A stretch of 63,976 nt of DNA, counting the filler, from Sphacelaria rigidula (lineage: Eukaryota), in NCBI GenBank assembly GCA_964200075.2. It is 3 parts of 3 records of this genome, joined end to end, with 100 filler letters (N's around TTAATTAATTAA, not from the genome) between each part and the next. Parts side by side here need not be neighbours in the genome. Positions count along the whole stretch, not along the records: positions 42,919 to 63,976 come from CAXNAA020000468.1; 2 more parts are not named here. One strand, written 5' to 3'. The notes beneath the pieces were generated by a model. The model did no database searches. It was not told the origin of the DNA and worked only from the letters and a program-made list of their open reading frames with translations. Shown piece after piece: positions 53,233-63,976 of this stretch. Every line of letters begins with the position of its first letter. Within the stretch, counting starts at the first letter, position 1. Both the position numbers and the translations under genes were made by a program.

Positions 53233-56200
53233 ACCCCCCCCCCCCCCCCCCCCCCCCCCCCGGCGGTCTCATGACTATGGCATGCATGTTCACGAGTACA
53301 CCGCCGGAACCCCGCGAATCCCCGGGACGCCTCCAAGTCTTTACCTCCGAAATATCTACCGACAGTTTCTTCGGCCTCACGGACTGGAATAGCTCTCCCG
53401 CATCGCGTCGTCCTTTCATCAAATACTAGTAATATTGAGCTGCTGACGTCTTCACGCGCTCAACGATGAAAATTCAGATCCAGCTGATTGAAAAAGCCTG
53501 TATCTTTCAATATCCAAACCCTTGTCCCCCCGTCCTCAACTGGCAGATGGCGTACGAGATGGACCACCGAGGCTCGGCAAAATTTAAAACATGCGAAAAA
53601 ATCCGACTAATCTGACTGGCTGAGTGTCCCATGCAGAGCGGGCGACGATAAGCGAAGACGTACGCTGCCCGATCACTAACCACTGAAAGATGAAACAGAC
53701 ACACACACAATTCCTCGTCACAGACGCGCTCAATCTCAATACCCACCCCGTCTTTTTCATCGCTTTATGGGTGCAATCACACACACAAAACACATGAGAA
53801 CATTGGCTGCAGATTTCAGTAAATATGTTACACTCCGGTCGCCCCGGTGGCTCAGTTGGTAACTTCAAAGCCCTCTGACGGTTGAGTCGTGGGTTCAATT
53901 ATCGGAGCGATCTGGGATTTTCTCTCACACTATGCCCAACAGTGGAGAGCGACTGTGTCGTGGGTACACAAAATTCGACTTCACGGTCGACGAGGGAAAG
54001 GGACTGCTGAACCCCTCTCGCGATAAAAAATAAAGGTGAGCACCGCAGAAGGAAGGTGGGGTATTAAAAACAAATAAAAAAGCTTCTGTGCTGACCTTCC
54101 TCCTCTGTGACCCCGATTGGTGCGCCCACATATACCGAGAGGGTGTAGACCGGCGTCCGGAATAGAAGGGACGACAATACACACACAACACTACCTGTAC
54201 TAATCATAATAACCCCAAATGAACCGCACCGACGTGACCAAAACAAGGACAACACGAGACGGAAACACTTGGCACATACACGCGCACACACGTACGATGA
54301 AAAAAACAGGGTAACAACAACAACAAAAATCGACAAACAGCTTTTTTTTTCTCACCCATCCATACAGCAAGGACTGCTCGCCAAACGGCCCGGTCCTGGT
54401 GAAATTCATCCATGTTGTACACCACCGACGCCCACAACCAACAGGGCAACACACAGACAGACAGAGTACACACACACGCACATGAGCACAAACAGTACAA
54501 ACGGCACAAACGAACAGGCACGAAGATGAACAGTCAGGAGGCAGAGACGCACGAAACCCGGAACACGGGACTACATACAGGCACAGTGATACCTTCCGAT
54601 ACAGGGGTTTCGAGCCACTTCATTCATGGAAGAGCAAATTTTATCCTGGTGCTCTTGATACCAAATGTACAACGGTTAGGACAAATCATCACGGGTTCGA
54701 ATCACCAAATCAACGATTTCTTCGGCTTGATTGCCCGAACGGGTGAAAAGAGTTGACCGCTCGTCCAAGGGGTACCCACGCAACTTTTGCACCATTCGAC
54801 GTGTCTGAGCTGCGTGTACCTGGGTTGCAACGCTGATAACAAAGTCTAGGGATTTATTCGTACGATTCGAATCAATTAAACTAAAACCAAGTAATTTTCA
54901 GACGAATCATTGACTTGTCCGACCCTTGAAATGTACACAGGGGGTAGGGTATCCCATCACCACATGCATGAGACGCGCGCTGAACTCCCGGTGTTTCTTC
55001 TAGCCGATAACGTCAACAGCTTACACTCTACATTTTTCGTGCGCCGACCAAGCATGTGGGGGGAGGGCACCAGTTCAATTCAACATCTTGCTTGTTGAGG
55101 CGAGTAGCGGCAACGTCTTCTTCTCCGGCCCGGGGACAAGATGCCGAAAAGTACATACAGTAGTAGAAGCACGACTGATGAATGCTTGAAATAATATTTT
55201 TCGCCATGCGTTCCCCTTCGAAACATGCGCAATGGAGTAATATTTCTTCCTTGTTTTTTTTTCCCCAACTTTTCCGCAATCATCATCACCTGATTTCTCT
55301 CTCCGTGGCGTAGGATTTCTTGTTGAACTTTTGGGACCACAGGACTCGAATCAAAGGCCAACCGCGGAGCAGCTGAATACAATAAACACAAAGCACAGAG
55401 ATGAGGAAAATCGAGGGAGGGGGGGGGGGAAGCATAACACCAAAATGAAGGGGGAATAATGGGCAGGCGTGAGGAGACAGGTTGGGCAAGGCACGGCAAG
55501 GAGCATTCGAGGAGGACGACAGCTTTGCAACAGCCGTCATAATCTAGGCTGGTTCCCTGCTTTCAGCAAACGAGAAATTACCCCCGGATCTGATTGAGCA
55601 AAGCAATTCTCGACATTCCATCAGTGTTCTAGGTCACGAAATAACGTTACGTAGACAAACCAACGGATGTACGCGCGTGTGTATGTATCAAGATGTCATT
55701 CAAAGATGGCCCACAACAACCATTCACACGAGGGACAACTCATGAGTTAACTCAGTAATGCGGTTTGATCCATCCACAGGGAAAAGGTACCGCTGAGTTT
55801 CACCGCATAACTCCAACGCCAATGGAAAATGGTACCGCTCAGCTACACAGCATAACTCAGTCAGAGGAATTGATACCAGGTGCCGCTCAGTCATACCGTA
55901 TAACCCAGCGTCTCAGTTATACGAAAATGAGATGTGTGAGTTGAGATGTCGGACGTGTCCAACCTTCCTCACGAGTCAACCCCGCAGTGCTTACTGCGAT
56001 AACGTGTGTATCTTTAACCATAGGCACTGCTACTAAATATATCTCGAGAGTGAACGCGATCCGGAAGGGTTTTTATATCAATCCCGCGATATCAAAGTGT
56101 CAGGCATGTACCGGGTCAGGGGATCGGTTGATTGCAAGGATGTGTGTTGGGTATGGTAAATACCCGGGTACATACTTCCCCGACTCATCATGTGGCGATG

Positions 56201-59200
56201 GCCCGGTCTCTAAACTCTACCCAAATATTGGGTGAACATAGGTACGACCGCATCACTCTTCCCATTCCCAATAACTGGTTATTGTCGAGTATGATTTTTC
56301 AAAATACCCAATTATAAAAATGCCCTGCCCAACACATATCCTTGGTTGATTGATCCGTTGAGGCTACACAGACTCATCCCACGAGAGAGAGGGAGAAGGG
56401 ACGGGACGGGACGGGACGGGACGAAAATCTTAACCAGAACGAAGAAAAAAAAACACGTACATGCGTCAACTGCTTGAGAATCGGCGGGCAAGACGCCTGT
56501 GAAAACAGCCTACGCACGACATAACGGGTCATCATCCATGCCCCTAGATCACGACCAAGTACACCAGAGTATGCCATATAGGCATGCGGACAGTCGAAAG
56601 GGGAGGGCAGTACACGGTAAAATCTACAACACAAACTACACATGAAAGGTGCCCATCATCATCATCATCATCATCAACAACAACAACAACAACAACAGAG
56701 AAAAAATGCTGGGGGAGAAGACTAGACTGCTGACCTCAAAGGTGAGACCCGCAAACGTCTTCACGATGATCACGTCCAGGAAATACACCGCCACCGCGGG
56801 GAAGGTGCTGCCAAGGATGCGGAAGATCTGGTGCCATCATCCAACACAAAGAGGGTACACGACGACCACGGCAGAACAGGACGGAACAGTCAGTTGCAGC
56901 GGGGTGAATATGCGCAGATAGCGTCATGCTGTACAACGATCGACGCTGAAACATGGTGTCGATTGATTCCGCAACAGTAAGTTTTTTCGCTGTCTCCCTT
57001 GGTTCGAAGCCGGTCGCCCCGGTGGCTCAGTTGGTAAGCTCGCAACCTCCCGACGGTTAGGTCGTGCTCGGTGCAGTCACACGATCTGGAATTATTACCA
57101 CATCCTGGACAGTGACAAAAGATTACATTGCCAAAAAGCGTGCTGTGTACAGTATCGACTACTGAGTATATTGCAACGGGCAATAGATTCCATTCTGTAC
57201 GCAGTACACTTCTTGACAATGCAATCTTCTGTCATTATCCAGTGTGTGATTTTCTCTCACACCATGCCCAACAGTGGAAAGCGACTACATGTTGTGGGTA
57301 CACTGAATTCGACTCCACGGTCGACGACGGAAAGGAACCGCTCAACCTCTCTCACGATGAAAAAAATAAGGTAAGCACTGCAGAAGGTGGGGTATTGAAA
57401 CAAAACAAGAAAGAAAGAAAAAAACGCAATCTTTCTCCCGTGTGACTCCGGTTGATGCGCCCACATGTACCGAAAGGTGTAAACTGGCGTCCAGAATAAA
57501 TGGGACGACAACACACACACTTGTGATGCGACATAAAACCCTGGATGCCCAAACATAAAACATATTGCAGAATTTGATATGCCCAAGTGTGAGAAAAAAA
57601 AAAGACGAAGACAAACAGAGAGACAGAAGGAGAAACGAGTATTATAGGACGATATTTTGGCCAATCTAGCACATTTTCGAACTGTAAACAACCGGCCGTG
57701 CAAGCCTGGGCCAAGCACCAAAACATGGCGTAATCTGACCCAGCTTGCACGAGTATGATTGCGATTGTGGCCATACTCTTGTTATGCGCACACATTACCT
57801 TGATCTGTAGAACCCTGGGTGACAGAGGCAGGCTCGCCTTTCCAGTACCATCATTACTAAACCTTGATTGATTGATTGATTGATCGATTGTCGCACTTTA
57901 ACTGACCCCCTAGGGGTCCAGCCGTGGTGTCATGATAGACGTACCCAACAAAAATGAAACTGAAACACGCTTTGAAGAAAAGAAGGAACAGAAAGAAGAA
58001 AAAAAGTCGAACAGCATGACATAGCAGAGGAAGTCGTAACAAAAAAAAAGTAATAAAAAGTCAACACAAACCTTACCTGAGACATTTCGTATACAATATA
58101 CATTGACAAGACACGTGGTCAAAAGAGTTGCGTTGCTTGTTCATGCTTGCCTTCGTCGACACGATCACATACAAGTGGCAAAGCAAAAACAAAAGCAAAA
58201 GCAAATGAAAACACACACATACACAGACGAGAGAGATCACTAGAATAAACAAAACGTACCGCGTTGTAATCGTCGACGATCGACTGGAGAGCTCCGATGA
58301 TGGACCCCGACGTGACCGACACGTAGATGTTTGCCATCTACCGAACGAAAAATACATGTACAACAACAGCGACGGCGACAGCAACAGCAACAGCAACGGC
58401 ACCAGCAATGGCAGCAGTCACAGCAGATGGCGACAGATATAAGAGAAATTCAAAACTCAACCGCCGTGACCCGGTGTGGTCATGGTCCAACTGATCTCAC
58501 GAGGGTGACAAGACCGCGGGTATGAATCCCGGGAGATGCGCTTGGATATATTTTCAAAGTATCTGGTTTCCGCCGTTGAAAGCGTGAAGACGTACGTGAT
58601 GACGTGCGTAAGTGAAGAAGAGTCCGTTCTACGGTGTTTGTCTGACAAAAGAGTTGACGCGTTGTGGGAGTGCTGATCCCCTTCAGCATGACCAAACCTC
58701 AAGGCGCCTATCGGGGGAGAGGTGGGCTGATTGATCCCCTAGACCAGTAGGCCATGGATTTCGTTCCGAGGAAAGGCAAAGGTTAAAAGTGTGACGAGAG
58801 CGAAGGGGAAAAAAGTAGTCGTGAGAGGGACATGCATCAAGCCTCTTTTCCCGGACTGCACGTACCTCATGTTTCAGAAATGAACGCAAATCTTGTTCAG
58901 AGAGACGAGACGGGTCAGGGGAAGAAAGCCGCAACAACCCCTTTGCCGATATCGGTATCTGATCAATCCCCCAATATTTTTTATTGTATTCATTCGTCGG
59001 AAAGGTTTTCCAGTCTTTTAGTCGACTGGTTCGCCTGGATGACGCTCATGATTATATCCTACTCGGACAGCGAGGATCTACTAGCCACATCTACTAGCCT
59101 ACCCCCCCCCTCTCTTCCTGATTGCACGCGCGTAAAACTTATACCATTCGTGAAGATTTCCTGTACGACTCAATGGCCGACGAGGGAAAGGGACTGCTGA

Positions 59201-62200
59201 ACCCCTCTCGCGATAAAAAATAAAGGCAAGCACCGCACAAGGAAGGTGGGGAAATAAAACAAACAAAAAATGATAAAAACTCCTGTGTTGGCCTTCCTTC
59301 TGTGTAACTCCGGCTGGTGCGCCCACGGGTGTCCGGAATAGATGGGACGACACACACGAACACACACACACACGCGCGCGCGCGCAGGACCGATATTATC
59401 CAATCCTCTACGCTTGTTGAGGCATCGCATGTGGTGACAACGACCCCCTCCAACCTGGGACTCTACAGTTGAGCCGTACGAATAGAGCAAGAAGCGAATC
59501 TCCTGCCAACACGGAGACATACCGAACCTAAGACTACGGGATTCACCACGAGAGGAAACTCACCCCTACTTGTTTGCATGGTTACCTCTATGTCAAGACC
59601 TGCAAAAGGTATGGGTCGTCCAGGTATCATCGTTTCTCCGTGTACCCGGTATCCGATCGAGTACGGGCAGACACCTACAACAGTGGCGAGGTGTATGCAG
59701 GAGGGAGCGTTCCTCCAAGATCGGCGTGTAAGTTCAGCTGCACCCGCCTTGCCGCTGCTATGAGTGTCTGCCCGTAGTCAAACGAATGCCCAGTACACGG
59801 TGAAACGGTGAGGCCTAGAAGACCCGTCTTTTTGGCAGGACTTGACATGGAGTGTAACCACGCATACAAGGAGGGGTAAGTTTCCCGTCATGATGGATCC
59901 CATAGTCTCAGCATTAATATGTCCCTATTGGCAGGAGATACGCTGCTTACCCTGTTGGTACGGCTCAACTGGAGAGTCCCAGCTTGGAGGGGGTCGTTGT
60001 CACCATATGCGATACCTCAACAGACATAGTGGACTGAGTAATCTCATAGTAGCTTTTGGTTTTCAATAGTGAGGGAAAGAAAAACACGGTTGTTGCTTCA
60101 AGAACAAAAAACAGGGGGGAAAAAACTTCCCGCCGGTATTCTTTCAGAACTTCCAAATTCATCCCAAAAAAAAAAAGGGAAAATAGACAACCACCGATCA
60201 AGCAAAGGCAATCGCATTGTCATGGATAATAACCATGAGAAAAAAATGAATGGAGATGAGAGAGCAAAGAAAACACACGCCCGCAGATAAAAAATGGGAG
60301 TCCATGCTTCTTTTGGGAACCAATTATCAACAGCAAGATACATTAATACATGGTTCATTCACAAAGCGATTGTTCGGCTTGTTTTCGTGTGTAGTGTAGA
60401 GATGAAGCACACGAACGAACACATTGAGGAGAGAGAGAAGCCCACCGCAAAAAAATACCCGAAGGAGAGCACAATTGGAAAATGACTGGGGGTATTGTGT
60501 AAACGTCGAACAACTCCGTGAACGAGTATTCAGAAGCGGCACGATGGAGCGGTGGCCGTCAAAAGCCAAATGATGCAGAAGTACCACGAGGCGTCGCTCG
60601 TGCAACAAGCAGGCCATTTCGCGCAAAATGCGACGGGAAGAAGCGCTTCGAACAAGCGACAAATTCACTCACCCTCGCAAGCCATCGAGAGACGCGGGTT
60701 GTACCAAAAAAGTAAAACCTTTTAAGATATGACGTCCGCGCATCCCAGAACGTGTTACCCTTGTTTGGTTTGCAAGTACAAGTGCGAGGATCTCTCACGC
60801 TAACCCCCGACTCCAGCCCCCCGACCAAGATCAGACCGACAGCCCTGCGATTAGGGCAAGGGGGAAGACCCAAGTGTACGCCCGGAAGAGCCTCAGCAAA
60901 ATGCGTGCTCCGCCCGCCGCTGGGCAAGCTCTCGGGACTGTGTGCCCCTAAAAAAAGATCCGAAGTATGAGGTCCAATCTAAATCAAACCACACCTCGAC
61001 CATTCATGTAGCGTAATTGGGCTCGCAACGAACTCTACTGGGGCCCCCTCACTGTACCGGTAGTCGTGCAATCATTTGGTAGTAGTACAGAGGATCGGAC
61101 TTGTGTGATGACAAAAGTGATGTTTAAACCGCACTGTAAAGGGGTCCCCACTGTATAGCAAAAGGGTAGTACGCGTTGTAGCACATGATCCTCCCCTGGG
61201 AGAGATTGGTTACACCGCCACCTGCGGTACTCCGCCAGCCTCTTGAGACTTTTTACGATCAGTGAAACGGGTAAAATTCCTGTGATTTGGGTCGCCTAGT
61301 CTTTTCTCTCCCCGTTGAAATCGCGGGGGCTACTTCTCACCGGTTATCGTGGCGTCTCTCTTCTTATTTTTATTTATTGGCAATGTGTCTTGTAGGGAAC
61401 AGCAGGAAACGGTATCGGAAAGGCGAGCCTACGTCTGTGACCACGGGTTCGCGAGATCGGACTAATGTGCGGAAAGAAGAAGGAGAAGAAGAAGGAGGAG
61501 AAAAAGACAAAAAAGTTGGCGCACACCTGATAGAGGAAGTATCGCTCCAGAACCAGTTGCTGCACTTCACTGTGAGACTTCACGAATTCATACCGGTATG
61601 AAAGCATCTGCAATAGGGGCAAGAGCGGGTGGGGAGGGGACGGGAGGGGACGAGCGTGAGAACATGGTTACGTACTCGAGAGACTACAAAAGAGAAGCAA
61701 AAAACAATCGGAAACTACACGGTACACGCAACGGGCGGCTATCAATCGGCCAGCCACTTCCCATTCAAGGGTTGGCGTTGGTTGGCAGCGACGCTGTAAA
61801 ACATGGCGTTCACTATTCAAGTTAGGCAACCAGGTTCACGTTTTTTTTTTTTCCCCCACCAGTATTTTTGCGGCAACCATGATGGTGGTGGAGTCAGATG
61901 ATACTATGCGGGATGTAGAACCTCAACTCCGCGCAAAGGGGATGACCGAACAACGCGGCTTTCAAATGGTGAGACACCCATGGGGCAGGTTGTAACCCAT
62001 GGCTGCCTCCGGAAGTGATGATACCAGAAAATGACACAACACATTGGAGGCTGTCATCCACGTACAAGATAATCAATACGCTTCGGATCTAATATTCTTA
62101 GTAGGATGCAGCTCACCCCTCACGTGACTCGCCAAACGCACTACGGCGCTTCGCGCTTGGTGATTGATTACAAGTCTGCTCCGGCGAAAGCCCGGCGTGT

Positions 62201-62538
62201 TCCGTCCCGGCTTTTGGGGGGATGCGAGGTCAATGGTCTTATCATCACTATGGCATGCATGATCATGAGTACTCCCCCCGGGGCGCGCGGTTGTTGCGGG
62301 ACACAAACCACAAGTCAAACACTTCTACTTCAATCGCCGTGTTGGGCTTCAACAGCTTGAACTCATCACGCTCGGAATAGCATTGATACTATGAATACTG
62401 TAGATAGTGTACCGCACTGCCGCATGAACGATGGATGCCTGCATGCACGCACTTACCTGGAAAAGGAAGGGCAGGACGAGGAGCAGCAACAGAAGGGCCA
62501 CGACTGGAAGATAACCTGACAGCAGGCTGTACACGATG
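46013..62538 (-). CDS. OSCA/TMEM63/CSC1 (ERD4-like, RSN1_7TM) calcium-permeable stress/mechano-gated channel; 3' part, 11 exons, 5' exons probably beyond the window
   Basis: Exons on the minus strand, all GT-AG with closing phases: 62538-62457 (start least certain), 61607-61527, 58337-58260, 56827-56735, 55372-55290, 54395-54356, 52593-52474, 51023-50971, 50093-49947, 49510-49307, 46211-46013 (TAG). About 392 aa: IVYSLLSGYLPVVALLLLLLVLPFLFQ-MLSYRYEFVKSHSEVQQLVLERYFLYQ-MANIYVSVTSGSII...IFRILGSTFPAVAVYFLDVIIVKTF...AYPTLLLVLVVCFIYAVISPFIMPAGAIFFGFSYIVYKHQ-VLYVYVPKFESGGVFWFSVYPRV. The Y-x-Q-x-LYVY-xxx-ESGG-xx-W motif and the hydrophobic helix pattern are diagnostic of the OSCA/TMEM63 family. Confidence 0.93.
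47195..48760. repeat. AT-rich degenerate repeat region with recurring TATCGATAGNCATTG / CATCAACAGATTTGG motifs
   Basis: For example CATCGATAGTCATTGTCATCAACAGATTTGGCAAGGC (~47251) and CTATCGATACTCATTGCCATCATCAACAGATTTGGAAAGC (~48609); many ATCGAT sites. Confidence 0.55.
51340..51525 (+). repeat. Retroposon 3' end with (CAAT)n tail
   Basis: ...TTGGGTACGTCCATCATGTGACCACGGCTGG...GGGGTCAGTCAAAGCGCGACAATCAATCAACCAACCAAT. Confidence 0.75.
52982..53305 (+). repeat. Cluster of ~100-bp poly-C-flanked repeat copies plus an ~87-nt poly-C run (53175-53261)
   Basis: Unit CCGGCGTGTTCCGTCCCGGCTTTGTGG...GAGGTCAATGG...GACTATGGCATGCA...TGAGTACACCCC. Other copies lie at 49521-49628 (rev), 50350-50450, 62181-62280 and 63888-63976 (rev). 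Confidence 0.75.
53835..54190 (+). mobile_element. tRNA-derived SINE, family 1, full-length copy
   Basis: Head CCGGTCGCCCCGGTGGCTCAGTTGG (Pol III A box) ... GTGGGTTCAATT (B-box-like); conserved core GTCGACGAGGGAAAGGGACTGCTGAACCCCTCTCGCGA; (AC)-rich tail. At least six related copies occur in the window. Confidence 0.85.
55725..55958. mobile_element. Small MITE with three ~46-bp internal tandem units
   Basis: Ends ACACGAGGGACAACTC / GAGATGTCGGACGTGT. Units GGTACCGCT(C/G)AG...GCATAACTC start near 55786, 55831 and 55878. Confidence 0.5.
56135..56344. mobile_element. hAT-type MITE with perfect 8-bp TSD
   Basis: TIRs CAAGGATGTGTGTTGGG / CCCAACACATATCCTTG. GTTGATTG is duplicated at 56127-56134 and 56345-56352. 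Confidence 0.88.
57010..57520 (+). mobile_element. tRNA-derived SINE, family 1, interrupted by a MITE (57099-57246)
   Basis: The head and body of the SINE are separated by a 148-bp inverted-repeat insert that is absent from the other copies. Confidence 0.82.
57864..58040 (-). repeat. Retroposon 3' end with (CAAT)n tail (LINE/SINE-type family)
   Basis: (TTGA)n-TTGTCGCACTTTAACTGACCCCC...CCAGCCGTGG...ACGTACCCAA. Related copies lie at ~1597-1760, 10000-10180, 36880-36990, 51340-51525 (opposite strand), 52718-52815 and 63770-63830. Confidence 0.75.
58469..58610 (+). mobile_element. tRNA-derived SINE family 2, degenerate copy
   Basis: ACCCGGTGTGGTCATGGTCC...GGTATGAATCCCGG...TATCTGGTTTCCGCCGTTGAAAGCGTGAAG is colinear with the split copy at 8456. 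Confidence 0.6.
59178..59392 (+). mobile_element. 5'-truncated SINE family 1 copy
   Basis: Begins at the core CGACGAGGGAAAGGGACTGCTGAACCCC and ends in the (AC)n tail. Confidence 0.8.
59396..60040. mobile_element. Large foldback element (~300-bp arms)
   Basis: TGTTGAGGCATCGCATGTGGTGACAACGACCCCCTCCAACCTGGGACTCT versus AGAGTCCCAGCTTGGAGGGGGTCGTTGTCACCATATGCGATACCTCAACA. The arms pair inward to a short loop near 59700-59738. Confidence 0.8.
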
Positions 62539-63976
62539 CTGTTATTTTCCAAATTGCAAGGCCGATGAACGCGTGAGGGAAGCCAGCAAACGTAACGTGG
62601 GAGGATAATCGGGCGAGGGGGGGAGGGATGGGGGGGTTTGAGCGTCGGGTATAGCATGTACACAGCAAGCTTCGAGGGCGGGGTAGATTCACCACCAACA
62701 AACGGCGCGCGGAAAGAGCGGACGAAGGAGAGCTGTCCATGATGACATCCGCGCCAACGCCCACGGGAAGCTCCAGCAAATGTACGCATCGATCCTTCTC
62801 TTTTTTCTCTTTTCTTTTCTTCGCGAGGCCGGAAATGGATGTTTTCACCTGACCTACGAGCTGGGCCAGCTGACGCTGATTTTCGAATGAAGAACGCGGA
62901 TGCTTTTGGTAGTTCGAAGAGATGGACGCTGAAATTTCGACACGACATTTTCACCATCAACCCGCGCAACATTATTGGGGGTGCAGAGGAAAAAAACAAA
63001 AAAGAGGAAGTTAGAGCGAGTTGAAGTTTCAGCAAAAACTGGATGAGTGTCATGACTCCGTGAAAAAATAATAAATACGGCTGCACCCCCAACAATGTTG
63101 GGGGCACTCGCGTCCAGGATATCTTGGGAACGTTTCGGCCAGAAATATATCAAATTGGGCGCCGCATCGCACTTTTCGTGTGACACGGCCACGCCCCTTT
63201 GTTCCAAGTAATACAAGAGACTCTAGTTATGGATGGAGGTCATAAGTTCGAATCCCGAAATATCATCTTTTTTTTCGTTCCTTCGTTAAGGTTATATATT
63301 ATGCAGTACATTTTCGTTCGTTTTCTTTCTCATTCAGCGATCGTGCCTTGTGTTACCAGGTGGTCTGCAGGTCAGCAATATGCTGAAGTCGCGCTGATTT
63401 GGAAAACTAGAGAGGTTATGATGTGGAAAGCGAATGTGGGATTTACTACTGGCCCAGCTCGTATTCGAATCGCTTTATTTTGCTGATTCGTTGTTGTGTA
63501 TCCCGTGAACTTTTACCTTCCTTCTTCATATTTTCCCATTTCTCGAGCTTCCTTCAGCGAGTGTTCCCGATAATGTACCTTGGATACGCCCCACTAGAGG
63601 TGAGCGTATCTCCGAAGTTCTACGACGGACAAGGGTGCTGGGAACTTGATGCAGCGCAGTCGAGAGTACCCATGTAGCTGCTGCTAGTGCCAACTGCATT
63701 CCGTATTTTTGAGGATGAAAGAACCTCCTGTGAACGTATTTTTTATTTTTATTTTTCAAGGCATAAACTGATGCCCGACGGACCCAGTCGTGGTCATCAT
63801 CCAAAACATGGACGTACCCGAGGTAAAAAAAGGAAATCCTTCCTCAAGAAGATTGAAGGAGGGCGGGCGCGGGCGCGCGGGCGCGCAGGGGGTGTACTCA
63901 TGATCATGCATGCCATAGTCATCAGACCATCGACCTCGCATCCCTACAAAGCCGGGACGGAGCACGCCGGGTTTTC

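Noticed and set aside
52818-53422. Poly-Gly/poly-Pro ORFs
   Set aside because: They are translations of the poly-C run within an intron.
55786-55915. CRISPR-like repeat-spacer array
   Set aside because: Only three degenerate units with ~17-20-nt gaps, inside a MITE, in a eukaryotic intron with no cas genes.
62349-63107. 252-aa ORF as a standalone gene
   Set aside because: Only 62538-62457 is an OSCA exon; the rest is intronic read-through.

Overview
Eukaryotic, intron-rich and repeat-rich genomic DNA. Gene structure, composition and repeat style suggest a brown alga (Phaeophyceae) or related stramenopile; this is inference. The window is three contigs joined by artificial 100-bp spacers (44 N + TTAATTAATTAA + 44 N) at 21362-21461 and 42819-42918. 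Walking GT-AG splice sites by hand with consistent phases supports four genes: (1) a two-exon 82-aa protein with a mitochondrial-type presequence (6240-6885, +); (2) the last two exons of an atypical monothiol thioredoxin with an LCSSS site (17825-18837, +); (3) a large 5'-truncated JmjC protein whose JmjC end, helical linker and Cys-rich zinc domain resemble KDM6/UTX (23369-42327, -), with a diverged duplicate of its catalytic-His exon in an intron; (4) the 3' part (11 exons) of an OSCA/TMEM63/CSC1 mechanosensitive channel (46013-62538, -). The rest is SINEs, retroposon tails and many foldback MITEs, several of them nested. No CRISPR array, rRNA or genuine tRNA is supported. Most ORFs in the supplied track are spurious.
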